Shown: one piece after another, positions 1 to 8,564 of the stretch
How positions within the stretch are numbered: the stretch's first letter is position 1
How the letters are laid out: each line of letters begins with the position of its first letter
Program-made: the position numbers and the translations under genes
Source: a phage
Length of the DNA stretch: 64,000 nt
Strand: one strand, 5' to 3'
Sequence record: PQ478073.1
The notes under the pieces: generated by a model
Databases searched by the model: none
Seen by the model: the letters and a program-made list of their open reading frames with translations, nothing else
Told to the model about the DNA's origin: nothing

Positions 1-131
1 CTGAACACACATATAGGAACACGACAAGAAATGAAAATGTTGCTAACGATTCGAATATTATCGAAGATGTTGAATTCATAAACACAATTTTTGATCGTTG
101 TTCTAAGGATTTAAAAAAAGTATACATGTAA

Positions 132-160
132 TGGGACATTATATGTTCCAATGATATAAT
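132..160 (+). promoter_or_regulatory. promoter-like site, class A (TGGGACA-N-TGaTATAAT)
   Basis: TGGGAC at 132-137, 17-nt spacer, TG-extended TATAAT at 155-160; same architecture recurs at 11231 and 30242. Confidence 0.55.
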
Positions 161-656
161 GTATATAGAAAATGACAACGGACATTGAAAAATGGACACT
201 GAGAACCTACTTCTCTTGAAAATGTAAAGGATAGATGAGCTTTACCGTTGTAGCGAACAGCAGAAGAAACCTGTTAGAGTACTGGCATTCAAACAAACAC
301 GATGTAAGACCACGAATCACGGCGACACGGCTGTATAAAGAACTCCGATAAGCATACAGAGAGTTCCTAGATAGATGTATAAGGTTCGCACCTTACCAGA
401 TTTGCTAAGGGAGTTCAAGGATAGCGGACGCAATTTTTACAAGAAAGTTGCGTCCAAAATTTGAGAACAAGTACTACTTTGATCGAATAGAGTTAGTACT
501 GAGTGCTGTTGATGAAAAGACCAGCGACCGTTGCATATGACTGCGATAGAGAGAAACCGAGCAACCCGCTTTCGCTCTCTAAATTTTGGTACAAGAAAGA
601 TCCGTCCAAAATTTGAGAAATTCGCAATTCGATAATATCCGATGCCATCATCGTCA

Positions 657-685
657 AGAGAGACTTAATTGTCTCTTTTTTATTA
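657..685 (+). terminator. rho-independent terminator
   Basis: agagagac / ttaatt / gtctct hairpin followed by ttttttatt. Confidence 0.6.
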
Positions 686-821
686 CCTTCATTCCCCTGC
701 GGGGGGATGTAATAGTCCTCAACAAATCCCGTCAAGTTTTTAAAGTACATTATCATTTTCAGAAGGAACTAGTTTACGAAGTAAACGCAGTGACTTCTTG
801 AGTTACGAGAGAACGAAGTGA

Positions 822-1250
822 ATGAGTAACACAACGAAAATATCCGATAAATCCGAATTAACACAAATGTTATTCAAAGAATATTTTGAGTTTCAGATAA
901 AAGACGAACATCAATTACCACAGCAATATTTGAAAAGAATTAAAGATCCGTCAGTAATTACTAAAGAAACTAATTTTTATAATAGTATTTTGGATTTCGT
1001 TAAATCAGTTCATACAACAAGACCTATTGTAGTTTTGTTTTTTGATAAATCTATTCCTTTAGTAGTTCCTGAAAATGTATTTTTTATTTCAGAAACTGAT
1101 TTAAATAATCAAAGTACTGTAAGTAGATTAAGAAATTGCTTACTTGTAGTATGTGATTCTTCTTTGTATAATAACAGAATACTATGGGATAGAAGTAAAC
1201 GCAATGCAGTTTCTGAAATGAATCCTGAAATTACCTTTATTATTAACTAA
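822..1250 (+). CDS. hypothetical protein (142 aa)
   Basis: ORF track; ATG start; first long ORF after terminator 657-685; no recognisable motif. Confidence 0.5.
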   Translation: MSNTTKISDKSELTQMLFKEYFEFQIKDEHQLPQQYLKRIKDPSVITKETNFYNSILDFVKSVHTTRPIVVLFFDKSIPLVVPENVFFISETDLNNQSTVSRLRNCLLVVCDSSLYNNRILWDRSKRNAVSEMNPEITFIIN

Positions 1251-1282
1251 ATAATAAGAGAATAACTCTAAGGAGAGATATT

Positions 1283-1723
1283 ATGGAAGATATTAATGAT
1301 TTACGACACGTAATGGACTTTATCGGTAGTACTGAAGAAGATAATTCGTATGATGAAGTACTATTAACTTTTATTGAAAATAGTTTGTTTTTAAGTTCTG
1401 CTGCACATAACTGGCACTTACAATGTCATTTTTATACAAAGCATTTACAATTAGATGAACTATATAAAGAATTACCAGAATATGTAGACGCATTTGTTGA
1501 AGGTATCATGAATAATCGTGGTGCTTTACAAGTTGGAACTGGTAATAGTTATCGTTTTACACCAATTGAAGATTGTGTACCAATTCTTGAAGAATATGTT
1601 GAGCAATGTAGAGCAATTCATGATATGCTTGAAGAATCAGGTGATTACGGCAGTGTAAACACATTAGAAGATATTATGAGTTTTGTTGAAGGAACACTTT
1701 ACAAACTTAAAGTTTTACAATAA
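1283..1723 (+). CDS. Dps-like ferritin-fold protein (146 aa)
   Basis: SD aaggagag upstream of ATG; segment AAHNWHLQCHFYTKHLQLDELYKELPEYVDAFVEG reproduces the Dps ferroxidase-site spacing H-x11-H-x14-D-x3-E. Confidence 0.6.
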   Translation: MEDINDLRHVMDFIGSTEEDNSYDEVLLTFIENSLFLSSAAHNWHLQCHFYTKHLQLDELYKELPEYVDAFVEGIMNNRGALQVGTGNSYRFTPIEDCVPILEEYVEQCRAIHDMLEESGDYGSVNTLEDIMSFVEGTLYKLKVLQ

Positions 1724-1730
1724 AATATAT

Positions 1731-1760
1731 GGAGAGTCATTGTGACTCTCCTTTTCTTTT
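1731..1760 (+). terminator. rho-independent terminator
   Basis: ggagagtca / ttg / tgactctcc hairpin followed by ttttctttt. Confidence 0.7.
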
Positions 1761-1771
1761 GGAGAAATAAA

Positions 1772-2389
1772 ATGAAATCTCATGATTTAGCAAAATTACT
1801 ACTATCTCAACCAAATCTAGAAATTTATCATTATGATGCAGAGAGTGACTTGCATTATCAGAATTTTGATAATAAATTAATGGTCACCCCATCTGGCATT
1901 TTCACAACGGTAAAACCCACATCAGTTTCTGAAAATGTACTTACACCATACGAAACCCCGCTCTTGGGTCATGTACAAATTTTCTTTAAGGATGGTACTA
2001 TTACTCCAAAATTGGAGGGTTCATCTATTCAAACTGTTCTTAACTTAGAATCTGGGTTGATATTTAACATTCCTTATGAAAAGCCAATTGTTTTATTAGG
2101 TAAAAATCAATCAGCACCATCAGGGAATCAAAATGCTGTTTGGTATACACCCGATGATATTGATTTCATTTCAGTACTGACAGAATATGATCCTAATACT
2201 TGGCATGAAACATGGGAAAATATGTCATATGATGAAGCAATTGAATGTGGTAAAAATTTAGCCAAAATGTTATTTCCACCAAAAAAAGAACTTTCACAAG
2301 AACAAAATGAATCATTTTCTAAAGATTTTCCTGATTCTGAATTCAATGTAAAAGTATCACCTTCTATGATTGATAAAATTGAAAAATAA
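1772..2389 (+). CDS. hypothetical protein (205 aa), paralogue of 3125..3709
   Basis: ORF track frame; start moved to ATG 1772 (SD ggagaa, downstream of terminator); N-terminus MKSHDLAKLLLSQPNLEIYHY matches MKAKDLAALLLQNPEMEVYHEH of 3125..3709. Confidence 0.6.
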   Translation: MKSHDLAKLLLSQPNLEIYHYDAESDLHYQNFDNKLMVTPSGIFTTVKPTSVSENVLTPYETPLLGHVQIFFKDGTITPKLEGSSIQTVLNLESGLIFNIPYEKPIVLLGKNQSAPSGNQNAVWYTPDDIDFISVLTEYDPNTWHETWENMSYDEAIECGKNLAKMLFPPKKELSQEQNESFSKDFPDSEFNVKVSPSMIDKIEK

Positions 2390-2401
2390 AAGAGGTTGAA
2401 C

Positions 2402-2755
2402 ATGAGTGATTACCGCGTAACATCTGGACTAATGGCACGTCTTATTGAAGCAGTTCCTGAAGATGATTATGAAGCTATTTCAGATCGTCTTTTTGACGCA
2501 GATTCTAAACTCCATATTACATATGATGGTGCATTGATTTACAGTACTGATATTGATATGTCTAGTTATGAATTTGAGATTTCTTTTGGTAACAAACTAA
2601 CTACTGAAGAATTCGCTCGAAAATGTGAGCGTGAAGGATTCTGTATTGATATTAGTTCAGTTCAGCCATATACATCACTGTGGTATGATGGTGCTGATAG
2701 TCCAATGTCTACTACATCTTTACAGGATTTTCTAAATGCAAATCAAAAAGATTAA
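2402..2755 (+). CDS. hypothetical protein (117 aa)
   Basis: ORF track frame; ATG 2402 preceded by agagg SD. Confidence 0.5.
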   Translation: MSDYRVTSGLMARLIEAVPEDDYEAISDRLFDADSKLHITYDGALIYSTDIDMSSYEFEISFGNKLTTEEFARKCEREGFCIDISSVQPYTSLWYDGADSPMSTTSLQDFLNANQKD

Positions 2756-3128
2756 ATTCCACCAGCATTGTTCTATACATGAATGTGATGATTGTGGTAT
2801 ACAAATGAGTGACATTTATACAGTTTCCTGTAAAGGTTTCAAATTCACTCACGGTGAACCTGCTTATTGTTATGGTACAGAAGAAGGTGATATCGAAGTA
2901 GTACTGAAAGAATTGTTCCAGTACTTGCAAAGTGTAGGTCATGATGTTACAATACCCACATATTATGAAGATGATTATGATGCACATGTAGAAGAAAATA
3001 CATATTATAATCAATTCGTTTATGGTAATGGTTTTATCACATATCTACATGAGAATGGTATTGAGGTAAAAACTAAGTACACCAGTGATGATTATGATGA
3101 TGATAATTCTATGGAGATTGAAGATTGA
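2736..3128 (+). CDS. hypothetical protein (130 aa), acidic, Cys-containing N-terminus
   Basis: ORF track; 20-nt overlap with upstream gene; start uncertain (alternative ATG 2805). Confidence 0.45.
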   Translation: MQIKKIKFHQHCSIHECDDCGIQMSDIYTVSCKGFKFTHGEPAYCYGTEEGDIEVVLKELFQYLQSVGHDVTIPTYYEDDYDAHVEENTYYNQFVYGNGFITYLHENGIEVKTKYTSDDYDDDNSMEIED

Positions 3129-3709
3129 AAGCAAAAGACTTAGCAGCACTGTTGTTGCAGAATCCTGAAATGGAAGTGTATCATGAGCACATGCACATTG
3201 ATGACATGTGTGACGCTTACTATTCACCAGAAAATGTGTCTGGTATTGAAATTACCCCTAGTGGCGTATTCATCAGTACTGAACGTATTGATTATAATTC
3301 CCAGCAAGAAATCAAAACTCCACATAATAAACCTCGCATTGGTGCTATTGACCTAGTATTTCATCAGGACCGTTTGGTAGAATATGATGAAGAAGATGGT
3401 ACTACCCGAACTGATGTTGAGAATGTAGTTTTTCGTTTTTATAATGCATACGAAGACCCAACTACTGGAGAAGATTTCTTCCGTGAGCTATTAGAGGATG
3501 GAGAAGTTTATGGTCAGGATGGTACGGTTTTTGTACTGGACCCTAACTATGAGCCAGATCACAATACATGGCAATTCTATACACCAGAAGATGTAATGGA
3601 AGTTAAAGTACTTACTGATCTTGACGATAAATGGAATCCTATGTATACTTCAATGACATATGAAGAAGCCAAAGAATACTTCGTTTCTAAACTAAACATT
3701 ACAAAATAA
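3125..3709 (+). CDS. hypothetical protein (194 aa), paralogue of 1772..2389
   Basis: TTG start overlapping upstream stop, GGAG SD 7 nt upstream; shares N-terminal motif and TPSG[IV]F / NTW motifs with 1772..2389. Confidence 0.55.
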   Translation: MKAKDLAALLLQNPEMEVYHEHMHIDDMCDAYYSPENVSGIEITPSGVFISTERIDYNSQQEIKTPHNKPRIGAIDLVFHQDRLVEYDEEDGTTRTDVENVVFRFYNAYEDPTTGEDFFRELLEDGEVYGQDGTVFVLDPNYEPDHNTWQFYTPEDVMEVKVLTDLDDKWNPMYTSMTYEEAKEYFVSKLNITK

Positions 3710-3726
3710 TAAGGATTCACAAATTT

Positions 3727-4008
3727 ATGAAAATTGTTGCAAGTGCATGGATGAAACTACCAGATGGTACAACTGCTTTTGAAGAATATGGCTTTGTTGA
3801 AAGTGTCGATGAATTAAAGCGTTTCAAGAGTGAAAATGATGATGATGTTTTTGATATTGTATTTGTATATCATCATATTCCTAATGATACTGATTATGAA
3901 CATTATTATTATCATCCTGATTTGTTGGAAACACTTGTATGCGACAACTATCATGAAATTGATGAAAATACAGCTTTACTAATGTTGAGTACCGTATCTC
4001 CGGTATAA
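3727..4008 (+). CDS. hypothetical protein (93 aa)
   Basis: ORF track; SD-like aaggattc upstream. Confidence 0.5.
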   Translation: MKIVASAWMKLPDGTTAFEEYGFVESVDELKRFKSENDDDVFDIVFVYHHIPNDTDYEHYYYHPDLLETLVCDNYHEIDENTALLMLSTVSPV

Positions 4009-4016
4009 GGAGTAAT

Positions 4017-4496
4017 ATGTATAATCTTATAATTATCCGCGAACCATATGAATCTGACAACAGTTCAACTGATGGTGAGGTTTTAGTATATCAAAGTTAT
4101 GAACAAAGTGGCATTGAACATGAATTAAAAGATTATTTACGTCAACATATATATCTATATCGTACCGAACCACGTGAACAGTATGGAGATATAATGTTTA
4201 TCGTAACTCATAATGGTGCAGTAATTGAACATGTAAATATGACAAATAACATGTATTTTCATAATTACACTGACACGTCTAAAGAATTAGGAAACGATTT
4301 CAAGTCTGTTTTCGATGCATTGCGTATCAATTTTTTTAAAAATGACAAATTCTGTACTGATATTAGATTAGAAGAAGCAAATACAAAAAAGAAACTTTCT
4401 CGAAAATACGAGAGTGATAGAAAAAAAGAACAAGAGATTCAGCGTTTACATGAATTGATGAAAAAATACCCTAATGAGGTACAACATGGCTCTTAG
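4017..4496 (+). CDS. hypothetical protein (159 aa)
   Basis: ORF track; aaggag SD upstream. Confidence 0.5.
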   Translation: MYNLIIIREPYESDNSSTDGEVLVYQSYEQSGIEHELKDYLRQHIYLYRTEPREQYGDIMFIVTHNGAVIEHVNMTNNMYFHNYTDTSKELGNDFKSVFDALRINFFKNDKFCTDIRLEEANTKKKLSRKYESDRKKEQEIQRLHELMKKYPNEVQHGS

Positions 4497-4824
4497 AGGT
4501 TCAAATCAATATAAATGTATTGCAGAGATCAGGAAGAAAGATGGAACACTTGTAGACCGAGCATTGAAGCAAGAATATAAAGAATTACGTGATGTGGTAC
4601 ATAATGATAGTTATGGTGGGATGCGTCGTCAAAAAATTTATGAATATCTAAAGAAAGGTTTAGAAATTCAGGTTAATGGTCTTCATTGCATTCAAACAAA
4701 AAACGATCCTGATATTCTACGTTTGTTGAAAGAAGATAAGATTGAAATGTTTAATGTTCCTATTTCATTCTATGGTAATAAACTAAAATGTAAGCATACT
4801 TTCTTGAGGATTAAAAATGGTTGA
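4474..4824 (+). CDS. hypothetical protein (116 aa), basic
   Basis: ORF track; overlaps upstream gene end. Confidence 0.45.
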   Translation: MRYNMALRGSNQYKCIAEIRKKDGTLVDRALKQEYKELRDVVHNDSYGGMRRQKIYEYLKKGLEIQVNGLHCIQTKNDPDILRLLKEDKIEMFNVPISFYGNKLKCKHTFLRIKNG

Positions 4825-5041
4825 TTCATTTATGAAAAAAATCTTTAAAAAATTACTATCTGGATTTGAAAAAGCAGTAAGTCTTATTTTCAGTTCAGTT
4901 GTAATGGTTATTACAGTACTGGTGTTTTCTCTAGTACTGCATTTTGTACCATTCTGGTTAATCTTTATTGTACTTATTGCTCTGCTAGGTGCACATGTTT
5001 ATTATGTTTACCGTGACGCATTGGATGATGATAACGATTAA
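4817..5041 (+). CDS. small membrane protein, holin-like topology (74 aa)
   Basis: GAGGA SD 6 nt before ATG; two predicted hydrophobic helices (VSLIFSSVVMVITVLVFSLVL, FWLIFIVLIALLGAHVYYVY) and acidic C-terminus DALDDDND. Confidence 0.45.
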   Translation: MVDSFMKKIFKKLLSGFEKAVSLIFSSVVMVITVLVFSLVLHFVPFWLIFIVLIALLGAHVYYVYRDALDDDND

Positions 5042-5049
5042 ATGTATTT

Positions 5050-5074
5050 GACCTCACTATGTGGGGTCTTTTTT
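5050..5074 (+). terminator. rho-independent terminator
   Basis: gacctcac / tat / gtggggtc hairpin (one mismatch) followed by tttttt. Confidence 0.5.
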
Positions 5075-5086
5075 AAGGAAAATTAT

Positions 5087-5539
5087 ATGCTTATAGAAAC
5101 AGAAACATTTAAGCGTTTTATTGACGTATGTCGTGATACGTGTTTTTGTTATCTTTCATCACAAGAACAGTTCGATGCAATGAGTGATGTGTTAGGTTAT
5201 CGCCGTTCGGTATTGATGTATTTTGATGGTCCTTTGATTGAAGTTCATGATGATGTGTATTCCCTACAATATGTATCAATTAACAATGCGTTCATTTTTA
5301 TTGCTGACTCGTACTCAATTGTAGTTGAGGAACGTGGTAAAGGTATACCAACAACACACTATATTGATTGTCAAAGAACTGATTGTGTTTATAGTTCTGG
5401 ACTAATACAAACACCAATTCCATATCCTAGCATTTATATAAACACACTCCATCAAGAAATTATTGAGTACTGTAATAGTATTTCTGATACAGATACACAG
5501 TATTTTCCTATTGTATTATTGAAAGGAGTTAGAACATGA
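5087..5539 (+). CDS. hypothetical protein (150 aa)
   Basis: ORF track frame; start placed at ATG 5087 downstream of terminator with aagga SD. Confidence 0.5.
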   Translation: MLIETETFKRFIDVCRDTCFCYLSSQEQFDAMSDVLGYRRSVLMYFDGPLIEVHDDVYSLQYVSINNAFIFIADSYSIVVEERGKGIPTTHYIDCQRTDCVYSSGLIQTPIPYPSIYINTLHQEIIEYCNSISDTDTQYFPIVLLKGVRT

Positions 5540-5925
5540 GATGGCGTAAACGACACGTAAAAAGATTTGATAAAATAATCAAAAAATATTACTCACATAA
5601 GTTAGATCCAATCATACTTCAACTAAGAAGTAGTATGTTTGATAGACGTTTTCCACAGTGTTTAGAATCGTACAGTCGTAAACGTTACAAGAATGAATAC
5701 CTGGTATATCGTTATGATTTATCAGAATTCTTTTTGAATACTCGTGTATCTGTACCCATCAGACTGTACTCAAGGGTAAAACGAAGTAGGGTTCAAGATA
5801 TTACATATGGATATCTTATGATTGAAATCGACGACCTGAATGAAAAAACTGGCAGAAATTACAGTACTTTATGTCTGGAAAACCATGATTCAATAAAAAG
5901 AATCATAGAAGAGTTGGGAAAGTGA
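5536..5925 (+). CDS. hypothetical protein (129 aa), basic
   Basis: ORF track; start overlaps upstream stop (ATGA). Confidence 0.5.
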   Translation: MRWRKRHVKRFDKIIKKYYSHKLDPIILQLRSSMFDRRFPQCLESYSRKRYKNEYLVYRYDLSEFFLNTRVSVPIRLYSRVKRSRVQDITYGYLMIEIDDLNEKTGRNYSTLCLENHDSIKRIIEELGK

Positions 5926-5954
5926 GATTTTTAGTGCTATAATTGGAGATGAGT

Positions 5955-6299
5955 ATGAAATACATCGATAAAGGTACAGTGGAGACACAGTACTGGAATA
6001 TCCATATTGCTGGTGATATTCAAACAGCAAGAGAATACACAAGAAAATTTGCGTTTAAGCATGGCTTTTGTGTACAATTAATTCCCTGTGAATATATCTA
6101 CACTGGTGGTCTTGAAAGTGGGATGTGTGCTCGTATTATTCAGTACCCACGCTTTCCAAAAGAAGAAGTATATCTCAACCGAGATGTATTAAACTATGCA
6201 AAGGGTTTAGCTGAAGAGTTGTGTCAAAAGAGCTTTACTATAGAGCGAAATAATGATACAATTTATTATGAAAGTGATGAACCTTTACACAAGAAATAA
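5955..6299 (+). CDS. hypothetical protein (114 aa)
   Basis: ORF track frame; ATG 5955 six nt after GGAG. Confidence 0.5.
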   Translation: MKYIDKGTVETQYWNIHIAGDIQTAREYTRKFAFKHGFCVQLIPCEYIYTGGLESGMCARIIQYPRFPKEEVYLNRDVLNYAKGLAEELCQKSFTIERNNDTIYYESDEPLHKK

Positions 6300-6310
6300 A
6301 AGGAAAATAT

Positions 6311-6442
6311 ATGAATGGACTAAAGAAATTTGGTAAAGATTTTCTAAAATGCATACGCTACACATATGATGCAAATCCAGAAATGACTGCCATTGTGGGT
6401 GTGTTTATTACACTCGTTGTATTAAGCTTTATTGTGGTGTAA
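6311..6442 (+). CDS. small hydrophobic protein (43 aa)
   Basis: Below ORF-track cutoff; aaggaaa SD, ATG, C-terminal hydrophobic stretch AIVGVFITLVVLSFIVV; fills gap between neighbours. Confidence 0.35.
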   Translation: MNGLKKFGKDFLKCIRYTYDANPEMTAIVGVFITLVVLSFIVV

Positions 6443-6445
6443 AAT

Positions 6446-6649
6446 ATGATTGAAATTAATGCTGATATATATTGTAGTGCATCACCCAATTACTTCATTT
6501 ATGCACTAAGTACATTTGGTGAAACTGAAGGTGAAACTTTTGTTTTAGTAGAGAATACTACATGGTTCAAAACAAGTAATAAAATTCCGAAAGATGTTTT
6601 GGAAACATATGTTCGTATTGAAAATAAAAACATATATGTAATTTTATAG
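6446..6649 (+). CDS. hypothetical protein (67 aa)
   Basis: ORF track. Confidence 0.4.
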   Translation: MIEINADIYCSASPNYFIYALSTFGETEGETFVLVENTTWFKTSNKIPKDVLETYVRIENKNIYVIL

Positions 6650-6656
6650 GTAACAT

Positions 6657-7067
6657 ATGATTGAAATGGAAGGAACTCTGGTGTATGATCCAGATCGTGG
6701 CACTATGAAAAAGAAGAAGGACTTCTGGTTAGTACTACAACTTCCATTACAGTTGGTTCGATACTACCAGTACTTCATCAGAACTGACTTACATATTGAT
6801 ATTAAAGACCCACAATGGGGAGCACATGTCAGTATCGTTCGTGGTGAAGTGCCACCAAATCCAGAGTACTGGAAAAAGTACGATGGAATGAAAGTAAAGA
6901 TAAAGTTCAATCCTTGTATTGAGATAGTAAAAGATAAAAAGAATCCAGGTTCATTCTTTATCATTGAATTTGAAGATGATTTCATCACACATATTAGAAA
7001 TGAACTAGGACTACCAACCAAGTACTTTAAATATCACATCACTGTAGGTAGAACTTACTACGATTAA
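6657..7067 (+). CDS. 2H phosphoesterase superfamily protein (136 aa)
   Basis: Two H-x-[TS]-x motifs with hydrophobic fourth residue (AHVSIV and YHITVG) about 70 residues apart, the hallmark of the LigT/2H fold. Confidence 0.55.
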   Translation: MIEMEGTLVYDPDRGTMKKKKDFWLVLQLPLQLVRYYQYFIRTDLHIDIKDPQWGAHVSIVRGEVPPNPEYWKKYDGMKVKIKFNPCIEIVKDKKNPGSFFIIEFEDDFITHIRNELGLPTKYFKYHITVGRTYYD

Positions 7068-7235
7068 TGTGGTTTTTACAGTAAATATGTCTTGTAATAA
7101 AATAAAAATATGCTATACTACTTAAACATTTGAAAAGAACGTTTTTGTACTGTAGAAAGTCCGATGAGGCTTTTGCAAATGGCCTCTTTGCCATCTTTGT
7201 GATTGCCCATCTTAACAATCAACAAAGGAGGCGTT

Positions 7236-8162
7236 TTGAAACAAGCGAAAAAAGCACTGAAAACTAAGACTACTTATGGTGTTCTAGTTTGCACAGTACT
7301 TGTCGCTGCGATTGGATTTTATGGTTTTTCTCAAAATGATCGTGTATCATCATCGGACGAAAGTCAGGTACACAATTTAAAACCACAAGTTACGCAAATT
7401 CAAAAGCAGGAATTACCAAAGGTAGAAATATCAAAGGATGTTCCACGCGGCGAGAAGCATTATACGGTTCAACCTGGTGATAGTTATTATTCTATTGCTA
7501 AAAAGTTTAAACCTAAAAATGTACAACTTGAAGAGTATGTTATTTTGTTGAAAAATATCAATTTAAATGCTACTCTTCATACTTCTCAGGGTATCTTTAT
7601 CCCAACAAAAGAGGATTTGAAGAACGTATTGTTACCAGATGTGACTGTACTGTTTGATTATAATGATCCAGAAATTGTCAATCACATCAAAGAAGCTGAA
7701 GGTTCAATTGAATTTCAGTCCAAGAACAAACGCCGTTTACTTGGTGGGAAAGTCGGAGTTCCTTTCCACAATTCTAAATTTCATCCCTACAAGGACATGA
7801 AAGGTAATTATACAATAGGTTATGGGCATTATTTGGGTAGAAAAGAATCTGATGCGATTAAGTACAGAAACGGTATTACCAAAGCTCAAGCCAATAAACT
7901 TTTAATGCAAGATATGAAAAGAACATATAATGACTTTTTATTATTGATGCAGAAAAAAGAAGCAGTAAATCTGACCAAAGAACAACAACGTATTCTTTAT
8001 GAAATGTCCTATACAATGGGTGTTGATAAATTAGCAACGTTTAATAAACTTTGGAAAAGTGTGAAAAATGATAACCCTAAGAAATTTAAAAAAGAAATTA
8101 TGAATTCCTTATGGTATCGTCAAGTTACAAACCGAGCAGATTTGTTGTTAAGTTCACTCTAA
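7236..8162 (+). CDS. membrane-anchored LysM + T4-lysozyme-family (GH24-like) protein
   Basis: Perfect SD aaaggagg then TTG 7236 (ORF track starts 7203); N-terminal hydrophobic helix VLVCTVLVAAIGFYGF; LysM-like YTVQPGDSYYSIAKKF; lysozyme motifs YKDMKGNYTIGYGH, GITKAQANKLLMQDM, SLWYRQVTNRADLL parallel T4 lysozyme. Confidence 0.7.
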   Translation: MKQAKKALKTKTTYGVLVCTVLVAAIGFYGFSQNDRVSSSDESQVHNLKPQVTQIQKQELPKVEISKDVPRGEKHYTVQPGDSYYSIAKKFKPKNVQLEEYVILLKNINLNATLHTSQGIFIPTKEDLKNVLLPDVTVLFDYNDPEIVNHIKEAEGSIEFQSKNKRRLLGGKVGVPFHNSKFHPYKDMKGNYTIGYGHYLGRKESDAIKYRNGITKAQANKLLMQDMKRTYNDFLLLMQKKEAVNLTKEQQRILYEMSYTMGVDKLATFNKLWKSVKNDNPKKFKKEIMNSLWYRQVTNRADLLLSSL

Positions 8163-8178
8163 AAAAGGAAGGTGAAGT

Positions 8179-8511
8179 ATGCTAAATCTAAATATTCAAG
8201 GCAACGTTGATATCACTCCAGCAATCCAAGATGCTATTTACAATGAAGCAAAAAGTCTGGATAAGTACCGTACTTCTTCAGTACTAGACATTGGTGTTCA
8301 TGTTAAGAAAGAGCATAAAACTCAATATGCTGTAACTTTAACTGCTGGTAGTAAATCAGTAACTGCTGATGATGCTGATTTGTATAAAGCAATTGTTGAA
8401 TCTTTTGATAAGATGGAAACTGTATTCAGTAAAGACAAAAGCATTAAATTACACCGCAGAAACCATCCAGAACACCCAGTTCTTGATGATTTGACAGAAA
8501 ACGAAGAGTAA
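8179..8511 (+). CDS. hypothetical protein (110 aa)
   Basis: ORF track; aaggaaggtg SD. Confidence 0.5.
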   Translation: MLNLNIQGNVDITPAIQDAIYNEAKSLDKYRTSSVLDIGVHVKKEHKTQYAVTLTAGSKSVTADDADLYKAIVESFDKMETVFSKDKSIKLHRRNHPEHPVLDDLTENEE

Positions 8512-8521
8512 TATATACTAA

Positions 8522-8550
8522 AGGGACAGATTAATTCTGTCCCTTTTCTT
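8522..8550 (+). terminator. rho-independent terminator
   Basis: agggacaga / ttaat / tctgtccct hairpin followed by tttctt. Confidence 0.7.
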
Positions 8551-8564
8551 ATGGAGTTTTAATT

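Noticed and set aside
380-405. tRNA-like T-arm resemblance (aagg ttcgcac cctt)
   Set aside because: Loop does not match the T-loop consensus (no A at the position 58 equivalent) and no complementary acceptor 5' strand exists upstream; no cloverleaf could be built
493-801. ORFs 493..756 (-) and 586..801 (+) at the window start
   Set aside because: Both run through the terminator hairpin at 657-685 and lack SD sites; the region is better explained as a non-coding or mini-ORF unit
7165-7200. Short hairpins gaggc...gcctc and atggc...gccat upstream of the lysozyme-like gene
   Set aside because: Stems of only 5 bp with alternative pairings; too weak to call a terminator or operator
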